Origin: a virus
Taxonomy: Duplodnaviria > Caudoviricetes
DNA: 64,000 bases
IMG/VR virus record: IMGVR_UViG_2903352716_000007
Coordinates: 1-64,000 of that record
Strand: one strand, 5' to 3'
Shown: positions 9,261 through 18,967 of the stretch, piece by piece
How the letters are laid out: each line of letters begins with the position of its first letter
Position numbering within the stretch: position 1 is the stretch's first letter
Position numbers and translations under genes: made by a program
Notes under the pieces: generated by a model
What the model was told of the DNA's origin: nothing
What the model saw: the letters and a program-made list of their open reading frames with translations, nothing else
Databases searched by the model: none

Positions 9261-9315
9261 GTTTACATTATGTGAACACTATAGCAAGCCCACAGACCGT
9301 TTACAATATGTGAAC
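9261..9315. promoter_or_regulatory. two HigA operator-like imperfect palindromes
   Basis: GTTTACATTATGTGAAC (9261-9277) and GTTTACAATATGTGAAC (9299-9315) upstream of higB. Confidence 0.7.
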
Positions 9316-9339
9316 GGTGCTTTTTCTGTCCCCATCCAC

Positions 9340-9360
9340 AAAACACAATCTGACTAAACT
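9340..9360 (+). promoter_or_regulatory. putative late promoter
   Basis: AAAACACAATC-tgac-TAAACT upstream of the gp7-like gene. Confidence 0.55.
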
Positions 9361-9398
9361 GCCCTCCTGACTGAATACCCCCATCAGCGAGGCATTGA

Positions 9399-10160
9399 AT
9401 GGGCCGTTTTGATGAATGGTTAGACGACGAACAACCGGAACCAGCCGCACCAGTTGACTATCAGGTTGTCCAGCCAGAGGACAATGACGAAATCACGCCA
9501 CCAGCCGCTACCGATATGGATCAGCTGGTGGAGGGCGACACCGCAGCCCCGTACCCGCCGGAGGAAGTCTATTTTGATGAACCTGACGCGCCGGAAACTG
9601 AGGCTGTCGCCGCGCTGCCTGGCGCATTAGCGGCACGGGATCAGGACACGTCGCTGAAGCCGCGCTTTAAAGGCCACTCGCCGCTTAACACGATGGTGCG
9701 CAAAGACTGGATGAAGTTGATTGACCGGCACCCGGACAACTTTGACGCCCTGCTGTTTCGTCCTGATCCCGAGGACGTGGGCGAAGTGGATGAGGAAAGC
9801 GGGATTGAAAGCCCCTCCTACACCGAACTGAACAACAACCAGCGCGATTTGCGCTATCTCGATCCGGTGCTGGTCAAAGTGCTGGACTGTCCTGATGAAC
9901 GGGACGCATTTCAGGCCGTGGATTCGGACAACGAGCAGGACGGGTTAGGCGACGAACTCCAGCTACTGCGTATCGCCGCAGAGAATGTATCTATCGGCTC
10001 TATCCTCACCTGGAATGAAGAAATGGCGTCCGGGAAGCTGGCGCAGCGCTGGTGGTATGTACACCGTATTTTCAGCTTAGGGACTCAGCACGTCGGCTCA
10101 CTGTATTACTGCATTCCGGCGCGAAATATTGATTCAACAGAAGGAGGGATCGCGAAATGA
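9399..10160 (+). CDS. P1 gp7-like tail protein
   Basis: 253 aa, acidic N-terminus; position in 25-7-24-6-5 order. Confidence 0.7.
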   Translation: MGRFDEWLDDEQPEPAAPVDYQVVQPEDNDEITPPAATDMDQLVEGDTAAPYPPEEVYFDEPDAPETEAVAALPGALAARDQDTSLKPRFKGHSPLNTMVRKDWMKLIDRHPDNFDALLFRPDPEDVGEVDEESGIESPSYTELNNNQRDLRYLDPVLVKVLDCPDERDAFQAVDSDNEQDGLGDELQLLRIAAENVSIGSILTWNEEMASGKLAQRWWYVHRIFSLGTQHVGSLYYCIPARNIDSTEGGIAK

Positions 10161-10921
10161 CCAGGGAGCTACTGGCTAAAACCCGTCAGTGGGAAAAAAC
10201 GCGTACCGGGAAATTTGAGATAACCGGTTTTGCCGCCACTGATGACGCCGTTGCGCGGGAAATTAACAGCATTTTCAGCAATGTCGTTGTGACTCACGTT
10301 ACCCGTGATCGCGAGCGCTTTGCGGCGTTCCTGGCGCGCGCACCGCAGGACCGCGTATTTGTGGGCAATTTTGACAACGTGGTTGAGTTTTTGGGGGCCG
10401 TTCGCCGAGCGGCTGCTGGACGACGCAGTATTCCATCCAGTGAATCCATTAACCGCGATGCTATGCCGTTTATCAACATTTCCCGATCCTTTGATGCTGA
10501 CTATGACAGCAACGACAACCAGCGTGACCGTGACGACCTGGCTGATCTGTATGGGTCGGACGGCATAACGCCAGTCGCAGAGGTGTCTGCGACTCAGGTA
10601 GTGCTCACCTACAACGTCACCCTGATCGCCGCCGAGAAATCCACACTCAGCCTGATGTGCAATACCCTGGCATCATCAATGCGCTGGCGCGAGTCCACCA
10701 GCTTTACGGCAATTGACCGGCTGGTACACCTGCCCGTCGAAATTGATTGCTCATTCCAGGACGCAAAGGGGATCGGGTACAGCGATTTATCAACACCTAT
10801 CATGGAAAACCGTATCTTTGCAGCACAGGCAACGCTTACCGTCATGGCTGACATGATGACCGCCTTCGAGGTTGATGCAAAACAGATGCGCGTTAACACC
10901 TACAGTGGCGTGGAGGGCTAA
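10157..10921 (+). CDS. P1 gp24-like tail/baseplate protein
   Basis: 254 aa; gene order; tail-terminator-like MPFINISR strand. Confidence 0.7.
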   Translation: MTRELLAKTRQWEKTRTGKFEITGFAATDDAVAREINSIFSNVVVTHVTRDRERFAAFLARAPQDRVFVGNFDNVVEFLGAVRRAAAGRRSIPSSESINRDAMPFINISRSFDADYDSNDNQRDRDDLADLYGSDGITPVAEVSATQVVLTYNVTLIAAEKSTLSLMCNTLASSMRWRESTSFTAIDRLVHLPVEIDCSFQDAKGIGYSDLSTPIMENRIFAAQATLTVMADMMTAFEVDAKQMRVNTYSGVEG

Positions 10922-10923
10922 CG

Positions 10924-11904
10924 ATGGCACAGTTACAGCAATACTTTTTGCAGTCGGCAACGCTAAACGGAGAGGTTATCCCCAGGGAATGGATAAACAC
11001 CGTTCTCTACATCGAGAAAACGGAACTGTCTGGCCCGATACTGCGTCTTGAAGTCAGGGACGCGACCGGTTCTGTCGTTGACGACTATAAAGCGGCATAT
11101 GGCGCTACGCTGGTGGTCGAGACTGGCGACCCGACCGGCGACCGGAAAACCATCAAAGAAACCTTCTTTGTCACATCAGCACCGGCACAGGGCGACGTGA
11201 TCCAGATAACCGCCGTTCATGACACATTGAAGCAGATAAAAACCCCCTCCAGCGGCGCAAGGCTGTACTCAAACAGGCAACCAGGGGACATCCTCAAAGA
11301 CTTCGCCGGTAAACTCACGGTCGAGGCTGACAAGTTCAAAAAGGCCGGGACTTATCATCTGAATATGGGGGAAAAGCCGTCGCTGGTACTCAGCCAGATA
11401 GCCGCCGATAACGGCGCGCTGGTGTGGATGGCGCGCGGTAAATTCTGCGTCAAAGAAATGGCGCGTTTGATTAAGACAAAAGCCGCAATGGTCTATGAGG
11501 CCAATAACCCATCGGCGCAGTACACGATCAGCCGCTTAGAAAACATCAATCAGGACTTTGCCGCCACACAGGGGAGCCAGTACCGGTTTGTCGGGTACTC
11601 CGAAACGGACGGGTATATTGAGTCCGGGGACAAATCCCTGCCCGTTCGCTACGTTTCTGATGCTGATATGGCGACCCTGAAGAACATGCAACAGGTGCTG
11701 GTGCCAAAACTGGATCTGGAAGTGTCGGGTAACTCCGATATCTCCGCCGGAATGGTGATCGGTATCCAAATCCATCGCTATGACCAGCAAAACCAGGTGG
11801 ATGAGTCCCTTCCGAAAAACTTCATTGTCGGGCGCGTAGCGCATTACGAAGACCGCGTGTCGTATATCACGCGCATGGTGTTAGGAGTGCCATACATTGA
11901 GTAA
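10924..11904 (+). CDS. P1 gp6-like baseplate hub protein
   Basis: 326 aa; hub-like features (PSLVLSQIA, GNSDISAGMVI); precedes spike gene. Confidence 0.75.
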   Translation: MAQLQQYFLQSATLNGEVIPREWINTVLYIEKTELSGPILRLEVRDATGSVVDDYKAAYGATLVVETGDPTGDRKTIKETFFVTSAPAQGDVIQITAVHDTLKQIKTPSSGARLYSNRQPGDILKDFAGKLTVEADKFKKAGTYHLNMGEKPSLVLSQIAADNGALVWMARGKFCVKEMARLIKTKAAMVYEANNPSAQYTISRLENINQDFAATQGSQYRFVGYSETDGYIESGDKSLPVRYVSDADMATLKNMQQVLVPKLDLEVSGNSDISAGMVIGIQIHRYDQQNQVDESLPKNFIVGRVAHYEDRVSYITRMVLGVPYIE

Positions 11905-12529
11905 GAAGAGAGCCGTCATTGTAGGGACAAAGCACCCTGCCGGGTTAATGCGCGCACAAGTCAGGGTGCTACCGGACTGGAACGGCGTACCAGATGACGC
12001 GCTACCGTGGGCGGAATACATGATGCCCATTGGCAACGCCTTTACACCAACCATTACCGGCGATCTGGTATGGGTTGAATTTCCGTACCTTGATGTGCGA
12101 GGACGTCCTGACACCCGGCGACCGTTGATAGTAGGCGCGGCCTCCGATTCCCCTGGCGGTGTGCCGAACGTCGCCCCTGAAGCGTCCGGGCAAGGCTCAG
12201 CATGGGAACCACCAGCGGTTGACGGCGCACCGGCGCGCCCACAGCTTACGTCGAGTGAAGACTTTGTAGTACATCGCAATAACATTCTTGAAGTGCGTAC
12301 TGCTGGTGGCGGGTATGAGATAGCAAATACGGCCTCCGGTTCACGCGTGGGAATGAATGAGGCGGGGGACATCTATATTTTGGGCCCTGGCAACATGGTC
12401 TTTGATGCTGGTGGAGACTTCATCGCTAAAGCCGGTGGCAAGATTTTGCTGCAAGCCGGGGCGGATTTAGGACTGACGGCAACCGGGAAACTGAGTGGCA
12501 AGGCTGCATCGGTGGACTTCTCAAAATAA
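11897..12529 (+). CDS. P1 gp5-like baseplate spike
   Basis: OB-fold RAQVRV..LPWA..P..GDLVWVEF and a beta-repeat C-terminus. Confidence 0.8.
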   Translation: MSKKRAVIVGTKHPAGLMRAQVRVLPDWNGVPDDALPWAEYMMPIGNAFTPTITGDLVWVEFPYLDVRGRPDTRRPLIVGAASDSPGGVPNVAPEASGQGSAWEPPAVDGAPARPQLTSSEDFVVHRNNILEVRTAGGGYEIANTASGSRVGMNEAGDIYILGPGNMVFDAGGDFIAKAGGKILLQAGADLGLTATGKLSGKAASVDFSK

Positions 12530-12530
12530 A

Positions 12531-12550
12531 TAACATCAATTCTAAGGCGT
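12531..12550 (+). promoter_or_regulatory. putative phage-repressor operator upstream of rdgC-dmt
   Basis: TAACATCAATTCTAAGGCGT. Confidence 0.55.
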
Positions 12551-12594
12551 GATGTGATTTAATACCTTGTCTTTTTTGGGTAGGTAATCACAGG

Positions 12595-13503
12595 ATGAAA
12601 TCTCCGTTTTTAAAAAACGTCTGTATCTATACGCTTTCGCGTGAGTTCTCACTGTCACGCGAAGCATTTCACGAGCAACTGTCTCATTTCGCTTTCAGCG
12701 CTTGCGGCGCACACGACATGGCGACGTCGGGCTGGACGAACGTCACCCCGGAGACAATGGTTGCCGAGCATGAAGGCTCATTCCTGATTTGCTACTGCAA
12801 CGAAAGCAAGATTCTCCCCGCGCATGTGGTTAACGAGGAAGTCGCAAACCGCGTGAGTAAGGTCGAAGCCACACAAGGCAGAAAAGTACGCCGTGCCGAG
12901 CGTCTGAGCCTCAAAGATGAGGCGCTGCAAGCACTTGTCCCCCGCGCATTCACTAAGTTCACGCATAACTACGTCTGGATTGACCTTAACCACCAGCGCG
13001 TCATTGTTGAAGCCGGGAGCGCCAGAGCCGCCGAAAACATCCTTGCGCTGCTGCGTAAAACACTTGGCTCACTGCCTGTCGTGCCTTTGATGATGGAAAA
13101 TCCCATTGAACTGACGTTGACCGACTGGCTCAAAACGAACCAGACACCGACGGGGTTCACTTTCGGCACTGATGCCGTGCTCAAAGCCATTCTGGAAGAT
13201 GGTGGCGCGCTACGCGTCAGTAAGCAGGAGCTGGTGAGTGAAGAAATCTCCACGCACCTGGACGCCGGAAAGCTGGTAACAACCGCCGGATTACGCTGGC
13301 AGGATCGCATTTCGTTTCGTCTGAATGACGATATGACCATTAAAGCGATCCATTTCGCCGACGAGCTGCGCGACCAGAACGACGACATCGAGCGCGAAGA
13401 CATTCACTCCCGGCTGGTGGCTGACTTCATTCTCTTTAAAGCTGAGTTCACTGACATGCTGCGCGCGCTCACTACCGCGCTGGGCGGTGAGTGTGAACGC
13501 TAA
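12595..13503 (+). CDS. rdgC: RdgC recombination-associated protein (P1 HrdC-like)
   Basis: FLKNVCIYTL, ESKILPA, ALVPRAFTK, LGSLPVVPL, ADFILF. Confidence 0.92.
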   Translation: MKSPFLKNVCIYTLSREFSLSREAFHEQLSHFAFSACGAHDMATSGWTNVTPETMVAEHEGSFLICYCNESKILPAHVVNEEVANRVSKVEATQGRKVRRAERLSLKDEALQALVPRAFTKFTHNYVWIDLNHQRVIVEAGSARAAENILALLRKTLGSLPVVPLMMENPIELTLTDWLKTNQTPTGFTFGTDAVLKAILEDGGALRVSKQELVSEEISTHLDAGKLVTTAGLRWQDRISFRLNDDMTIKAIHFADELRDQNDDIEREDIHSRLVADFILFKAEFTDMLRALTTALGGECER

Positions 13504-16141
13504 TTTCACGGCAAACCACCAGCTTACCTATGGCTCAGTCTGTAGCGGCGTGGAAGCCGCTAGCCTTGCCTGGGAAGGATTAGGGCTAAAGCCGGTATGG
13601 TTTGCTGAGATAGAAAAATTCCCGTCTGCAGTGCTGGCGCACCACTGGCCCAACGTCCCTAACCTGGGCGACATGACGCTGATTGCCGACAAGATCCGCG
13701 CCGGTGAAATTGAAGCGCCTGATGTGCTGGTAGGAGGTACGCCATGCCAGGCGTTCAGTCTCGCTGGCTTGCGTCAGGGGATGGACGATGAGCGCGGTCA
13801 ACTTACTCTTGCTTTTGTGGAGCTGGCAAATGCCATTGATGATGTTAGAACCCGGCATGGGAAAAACCCGTGCATTATTGTCTGGGAAAACGTCCCAGGC
13901 ATTTTCAGTAGCGCCGACAACGCATTCGGCTGTTACCTTGCCGGATTGGGTGGCGAAAATGTGCCATTCGAGCCAGGCGAAAAGCCAGAACCAAAGAAAA
14001 ACAGCAAATTCTGGCGCTGGAGCAAAACAACCCGTCAGCATATTCCAAAATGGTCAAAGTCAGGTTGTGTTGTTGGACGACAGCGCCGACTGGCCTGGAG
14101 AGTCCTTGATGCCCAATACTTCGGAGTGGCCCAACGACGCCGCCGTGTGTTTGTTATCGCAAGTGCTCGAAAGGATGTTGATCCCTCCAAAATACTTCTT
14201 GAGTCCGACGGCTTGCGCCGGAATATTGCGCCGAGCAGAAGCGCGTGGACGGAAATTGCCAGCGCTACTGGAGGATGCACTAAAGTCGGTAGCCACTGGG
14301 ACAACCCATCAAACCCACACCCAACCTTAAACCAGTCCCATAACACCGGGGGAATTGGTGCGAGCAACCAAGAATTATTCGCCCAGCGCGGCAGCGGTAT
14401 CATTTTAATGGCGCATGGTCAGGGAGGGGCAGAGATAAAAACCGACGATTCTGCACCGACCCTCACATGCAACCACGAAGCACCTATAGCTGTATTAGCA
14501 TTCCCTGAGTACATGAGCGGCACACAGTGCGCAACTATGGAAGGTATTTCGCCTTCACTTATGTCACGAAACCCAACAGCCATTGCTTTCAATAGCAAAG
14601 ATTATGGGCAGGATGCCGCCGAAGAAATAGCACCAACTTTACGAGCAAGTGGAAGCGTAAACAGCAACCAGAATGCAGGAGCACCACCAGCAGTTGCTTA
14701 CGGAATCCCAGGTAACTGGATTGGCAGGGCCCCGGAAAATGGCGGTAACGCCGTCGAACCAATGAATGACATTTCTCCATGCCTGACTGTTTCAGACCGG
14801 CATGGCGTCGCCTATGGATTCCAGCCGCGTATAGCGCGCAACGGGCGCGGTGATATGGGGGATATCTGTCACACGTTGAATGCTCAGTCAGGTGAGACGG
14901 GGAAAGGTGATGCTGCGCCGTGTGTCGCAGTAACAGGTTATTCGAATCGTGATCCCCAAAAGTCAATTCGCCGCCTCACCCCACTTGAGTGTGAACGTCT
15001 CCAGGGAATGCCGGATGGACATACTCTGATCCCCTCCGAAAAAGTTAAGAAGTTAACGACAGAAGAGTACGCGTATCTTCGCTCTCACTTCCCAGCACTG
15101 ACAGCAGAACAAGCGTACCGGCTTGCCGCCGACGGCCCGCGTTATAAAGCGATTGGTAACTCTATGGCCGTTCCCGTCATGCGCTGGCTGATGACCCGCA
15201 TTCTTGGGGAATTACCCGTTACTACCGCACCTGTCACCCCTTCCCCTGTTCCTGATACCGGAAAAACAATGACACCGAAAAAACGCAAATCCACTAAAAA
15301 AGCGAAAGTGGAAACGTCCTCTTTTGTGCGCCCGTTCCTCAAATGGCCCGGAGGGAAATACACTCAGCTTAATCAAATTCTGCCGCTGATTGGCACGGGT
15401 AAGCGCCTCATTGAGCCGTTCGTCGGTGCCGGTTCTATCTTCATCAATGCACAAGGCTTCGACCAGTACATCGGAGGGGATACCAGCGCCGATCTGATTG
15501 GCCTTTATCACGGGCTACAGCAAAACCCCACCGCGCTGGTGGACAAGGCCAAAGCGATGTTTGAAACGCTTAACACCAGCGATGGCTACAAGGACGTGCG
15601 AGAGAAGTTTAATCGCCTCCACTACACACCGCTGGAACGCGCTGCAGCGTTTCTGTATCTCAATCGTCACGCGTTTAACGGCCTGATGCGCTACAACCAG
15701 CAGGGAGGGTTCAACACGTCTTACGGTCACTACAAAGCCCCTTACTTCCCAACGAGTGAGATAGAGTCCTTCTCGAATATGGCTGCATCTTGTGAGTTCC
15801 ATTGTCAGTCGTTCGTAGACACGATCCGGCTGGCTGGAAAAGACGATGTGGTATTTTGCGATCCCCCGTACATGCCATTACCCGGTAAAGACGGTTTCAC
15901 GCAGTACACAGACACGCCGTTTAAAGACGAGCACCAGTGGCAATTGCTCAATGAAATGGTTGCAGCCCACCAGCGAGGCGCGCGCGTGGTCGCCACGAAC
16001 TCAGGCAACGAACAACTGATTGAGGCCTATACTAAAGCTGGTTTCAAGGTGAATGACCTGTTTGCGCGCCGCTCTATGTCCTGCAAAGGAGATACGCGAG
16101 AAGTCGCTATTGATATCGTGGCAACGCTGGGGGTGGCATGA
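13487..16141 (+). CDS. dmt: bifunctional DNA methyltransferase, C5-cytosine domain fused to Dam-like domain (P1 Dmt-like)
   Basis: SVCSGVE, GGTPCQ, ENV, QRRRRV, YKAIGNS; then FLKWPGGK, EPFVGAG, FCDPPY. Confidence 0.9.
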   Translation: MSVNANFTANHQLTYGSVCSGVEAASLAWEGLGLKPVWFAEIEKFPSAVLAHHWPNVPNLGDMTLIADKIRAGEIEAPDVLVGGTPCQAFSLAGLRQGMDDERGQLTLAFVELANAIDDVRTRHGKNPCIIVWENVPGIFSSADNAFGCYLAGLGGENVPFEPGEKPEPKKNSKFWRWSKTTRQHIPKWSKSGCVVGRQRRLAWRVLDAQYFGVAQRRRRVFVIASARKDVDPSKILLESDGLRRNIAPSRSAWTEIASATGGCTKVGSHWDNPSNPHPTLNQSHNTGGIGASNQELFAQRGSGIILMAHGQGGAEIKTDDSAPTLTCNHEAPIAVLAFPEYMSGTQCATMEGISPSLMSRNPTAIAFNSKDYGQDAAEEIAPTLRASGSVNSNQNAGAPPAVAYGIPGNWIGRAPENGGNAVEPMNDISPCLTVSDRHGVAYGFQPRIARNGRGDMGDICHTLNAQSGETGKGDAAPCVAVTGYSNRDPQKSIRRLTPLECERLQGMPDGHTLIPSEKVKKLTTEEYAYLRSHFPALTAEQAYRLAADGPRYKAIGNSMAVPVMRWLMTRILGELPVTTAPVTPSPVPDTGKTMTPKKRKSTKKAKVETSSFVRPFLKWPGGKYTQLNQILPLIGTGKRLIEPFVGAGSIFINAQGFDQYIGGDTSADLIGLYHGLQQNPTALVDKAKAMFETLNTSDGYKDVREKFNRLHYTPLERAAAFLYLNRHAFNGLMRYNQQGGFNTSYGHYKAPYFPTSEIESFSNMAASCEFHCQSFVDTIRLAGKDDVVFCDPPYMPLPGKDGFTQYTDTPFKDEHQWQLLNEMVAAHQRGARVVATNSGNEQLIEAYTKAGFKVNDLFARRSMSCKGDTREVAIDIVATLGVA

Positions 16142-16176
16142 GTCCACTCGACAGTTAGACCCTTTGCTGTGATAGC

Positions 16177-16207
16177 AAAAAGCCCACCGGAGTGGGCTTT
16201 ATTTTTA
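16177..16207. terminator. bidirectional Rho-independent terminator
   Basis: AAAAAGCCCAC-CGGA-GTGGGCTTTATTTTT. Confidence 0.8.
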
Positions 16208-16501
16208 GTCTTTTTTCGTCTGTCTCAGTAACTTCATGACCTTTTCCGGCGGCAACTCTGCCAGCGCCAGCAGCCCCGCTTTGACAACATCGGTACGCGT
16301 CAGGCTTACTTCGCCCTCCGCCGCCGCTTGCTGCAAATGAGTAGTTATCTGGTTCAGGTAGTTGTCGGTCAGTGACACCGTAACAGGGCGGCTTTTAGCG
16401 CGGCCTTTTGGTGCAACAATTGCAGCAGTAGTGGCAACATTAGCAGTGCCACCACTGATAAACGCCTCTTCACCGGGTTTGCTTGCAGCGCGGTTTCTCA
16501 C
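16205..16501 (-). CDS. ParG-like centromere-binding protein (ribbon-helix-helix)
   Basis: 98 aa directly after parA; flexible N-tail with FISGG, then strand RPVTVSL and two helices (LTRTDVVKAGL). Confidence 0.7.
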   Translation of the reverse strand: MRNRAASKPGEEAFISGGTANVATTAAIVAPKGRAKSRPVTVSLTDNYLNQITTHLQQAAAEGEVSLTRTDVVKAGLLALAELPPEKVMKLLRQTKKD

Positions 16502-17124
16502 AAAATCACCTCATCAACTAACTTACGGATTTCTTCTTTCGCTTTCTCGTTATCCGCTTCAAAAACGGTTGTGCTGGTGGCCCATGTATCACGGAACACC
16601 TTACGGTCACAGATTCGGTTTGAAGCCTGAGACATTGCCGGGAAGTCCCTCAGCACTTCCGCCGCCAGATTGCCTTCATTCACAAACAGGTTTGTCGGCG
16701 TCATGTTCAGGACAAGGTAGCCACGAACCTTTTCGTTAAAAATTTGCGCGTTAGTAAACACGTCACAGGTATGAGGAACAACATCCAGATCCATCTGTGA
16801 CGGACGCAGCGGGGAAATAAACACATCTGCAGCCATAAGCCCGGAGCGCAGTTCGCTACTGTCTCGTCCTGCACTATCCGCGATCACATAGTCGTAATGC
16901 TGTGCCATTTCCAACAGGGTATTTTTGATGTTGCCGGTCGCAGAGACAACAGGTACGCGCGGCAAGTTTTCATCCCGGTTGTTGTACCAGGTAAGGACAG
17001 ACTTCTGATCATCAGCATCGACAATCATTACGGTTTTCCCCAACTCCAGCAGGTACGCCGCAATAGAGACGGCGAGCGTAGATTTACCCACGCCGCCCTT
17101 TTGAGATCCCAGCAATACAATCAT
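16498..17124 (-). CDS. parA: ParA/ParF type Ib partition ATPase
   Basis: Deviant Walker A KGGVGKST, DADDQ, DSAG; 208 aa, no N-terminal HTH. Confidence 0.9.
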   Translation of the reverse strand: MIVLLGSQKGGVGKSTLAVSIAAYLLELGKTVMIVDADDQKSVLTWYNNRDENLPRVPVVSATGNIKNTLLEMAQHYDYVIADSAGRDSSELRSGLMAADVFISPLRPSQMDLDVVPHTCDVFTNAQIFNEKVRGYLVLNMTPTNLFVNEGNLAAEVLRDFPAMSQASNRICDRKVFRDTWATSTTVFEADNEKAKEEIRKLVDEVIL

Positions 17125-17138
17125 CGTGTAACTCCGTG

Positions 17139-17183
17139 TCATACTGTCATATTGAATGACACTATTATAATGTGACGATAACA
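17139..17183. promoter_or_regulatory. par operator: TCAY boxes at 8-bp spacing
   Basis: TCATA 17139, TCATA 17147, AATGA 17155, TATTA 17163, TGTGA 17171, TAACA 17179. Confidence 0.6.
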
Positions 17184-17229
17184 AAAAAAACAAACATCAC
17201 CTGCCCTCTACATGCGTATTTCACGGCAT

Positions 17230-17250
17230 AAATCACAGACCCCCTATCCT
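17230..17250 (+). promoter_or_regulatory. putative late promoter
   Basis: AAATCACAGAC-cccc-TATCCT. Confidence 0.65.
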
Positions 17251-17279
17251 GCCCCTGCGTAACCAACACAGGAGGCGCT

Positions 17280-17564
17280 ATGAGCGCAGCAGGAACGATA
17301 GATTCCGTTTGTTCGGGACACGGTGGCTTCCCATCAAGGAAAACAGCAGAAGCAGAGCCATTTTTAACTATCAACGGCAAGCCCGTGCTGGTGGATGGAA
17401 ACCTCTTCCCTGACCACACAGACGGCAACTCCACCCACAGCGGCGTAGCGGTATCTACGCGCCCGTGGTTCACCATTAACGGCAAGCCTATCGCGTGTGT
17501 ATCCGATCCCGTGTCGTGCGGTTCAGTGGTTGCCACCGGCGACGATTTTTTTCAGGTGGCATGA
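17280..17564 (+). CDS. upfC: PAAR-domain spike tip (P1 UpfC-like)
   Basis: CSGHG, INGKP..GN, H, INGKP..SDP..CG PAAR pattern. Confidence 0.85.
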   Translation: MSAAGTIDSVCSGHGGFPSRKTAEAEPFLTINGKPVLVDGNLFPDHTDGNSTHSGVAVSTRPWFTINGKPIACVSDPVSCGSVVATGDDFFQVA

Positions 17565-18352
17565 TGTTAGATAACGACAAACAAATTGATGCTTTCGGCA
17601 TACTCACCGCTCAGGGAGCTGCAACACCGGCGCCCATCATTCGTTACCGCGAGGCTATCAGTCTCGCTGACGGCTTAAAGCGGGATATAACCGCGCTTTA
17701 CCTGGATGACGTCACCTATCCCCCTTCCATATCAGAGTTCACCGGCAAGCTGCCCGGATACATCGACACCCTGACAAAATCCAGCGCGGAGGCCAGCAGG
17801 TTTATCGCAGCCATTCAGGGTTACACCACTCCGTCTGATCTCATGCAGATGAAAATTGGCTGGGAGTGCTACGCCAAAGGCAACCGCCTGAATCCGGCAC
17901 CGCCTTTTGCGCTGGTGGAAGGGTTATGTGACACCGCTGTTTGCGAAGGCCTGACCGACGTGCTGAAGCAGATCACCTTAACCGGGCTGGCTGGCGCGAT
18001 GACCACCATTAACGAGCTTATGCTTGCCGCTGCCGTCCCGCCCGGAGACGAAGGAACGACAACACCGCCCCCACCGCCGCCCAGCTTTACGCCGGAAGAA
18101 ATTGAGGCACTGAAAGTCGCGACAGAAACGCTATCCCCGCATTTTTCGACGATTGATGCCACCAGCAAAGTAACCAGCGATTACACAGACCGAGTACAAA
18201 CCTCCACGGCGTTAGCAGCAAAGTCTCTGAACGATGCCGTCGCCATCACGCTAACCGTCGGACTGACAACCGATCCGGTTATGTCACAAGCCATCGCCGC
18301 AATCATGCCACCAGACGTGATTAGCGCGCTGAAAGAGGATTCAAAATGTTAA
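17561..18352 (+). CDS. upfB: P1 UpfB-like structural protein
   Basis: MQMKIGWECY..N and PPP..TPEEIEALKVATE as recalled for UpfB; gene order. Confidence 0.7.
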   Translation: MMLDNDKQIDAFGILTAQGAATPAPIIRYREAISLADGLKRDITALYLDDVTYPPSISEFTGKLPGYIDTLTKSSAEASRFIAAIQGYTTPSDLMQMKIGWECYAKGNRLNPAPPFALVEGLCDTAVCEGLTDVLKQITLTGLAGAMTTINELMLAAAVPPGDEGTTTPPPPPPSFTPEEIEALKVATETLSPHFSTIDATSKVTSDYTDRVQTSTALAAKSLNDAVAITLTVGLTTDPVMSQAIAAIMPPDVISALKEDSKC

Positions 18353-18852
18353 GCACCTGGCGAACGCCGGTCATAGCCATCGTATTAGCCCTGGTCAGTT
18401 ATGTACTGATAAAGGGATATAACGCCTATTCCGACCACTGGGAATATGTGAGCACCCTGGAAAATGACAACCAAACGCTGACTGAAGACAAAAACGATCT
18501 GAATGAGCAGGTGAGCAGCATGACCGTTGCCATCCATCAGCAACAGCAGGAAAACGACGAGCTGGTGGCGGAGCTGGAAAGGCGAAGGTTACAGCAGGTC
18601 GACAATGAGCAAAAAGAACGTGAACTGGAAGAACAACTCAAAAAGCATAAGAAGGAAACATCAGATGCAATTAGGAACCTCACTAAGCAACTTCAGCAGT
18701 CTGGCTTTCGCGATTTGCGTCTCCCTGATGATGTTATCCGGATGCAGCGCGAACGAGCCGAAGAAGTCAACCGCAGAGCCAGTGGTAGTGACAAAGACAG
18801 TGGAGCGTCCAAAGCAGGAAGCAAAAGCGTACCTGCCGTGCCAAATAGATGA
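18346..18852 (+). CDS. i-spanin (Rz-like; P1 PpfA-like)
   Basis: N-terminal transmembrane anchor, long coiled coil, C-terminal LPDDVIR. Confidence 0.75.
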   Translation: MLSTWRTPVIAIVLALVSYVLIKGYNAYSDHWEYVSTLENDNQTLTEDKNDLNEQVSSMTVAIHQQQQENDELVAELERRRLQQVDNEQKERELEEQLKKHKKETSDAIRNLTKQLQQSGFRDLRLPDDVIRMQRERAEEVNRRASGSDKDSGASKAGSKSVPAVPNR

Positions 18853-18967
18853 AGCCCCGCCGGAATATCTGGAGCTATACCCGGCCTATACAGCGAGACT
18901 GTTTGACGTGTTTGAAGAATGTAACGCCCGAAATGCTATCCGGTCTGATTACAATATGAAGTTATGA
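18665..18967 (+). CDS. o-spanin lipoprotein (Rz1-like; P1 Mlp-like)
   Basis: ATG 18665 inside the i-spanin gene; lipobox LSGC. Confidence 0.75.
   Translation: MQLGTSLSNFSSLAFAICVSLMMLSGCSANEPKKSTAEPVVVTKTVERPKQEAKAYLPCQIDEAPPEYLELYPAYTARLFDVFEECNARNAIRSDYNMKL

Noticed and set aside
16141-16205. Expected tRNA genes after dmt as in P1
   Set aside because: Only a terminator is present; no cloverleaf or T-loop motif seen here or elsewhere
18055-18085. Poly-proline run in the UpfB-like protein
   Set aside because: Corresponds to a variable low-complexity linker recalled in P1 homologs
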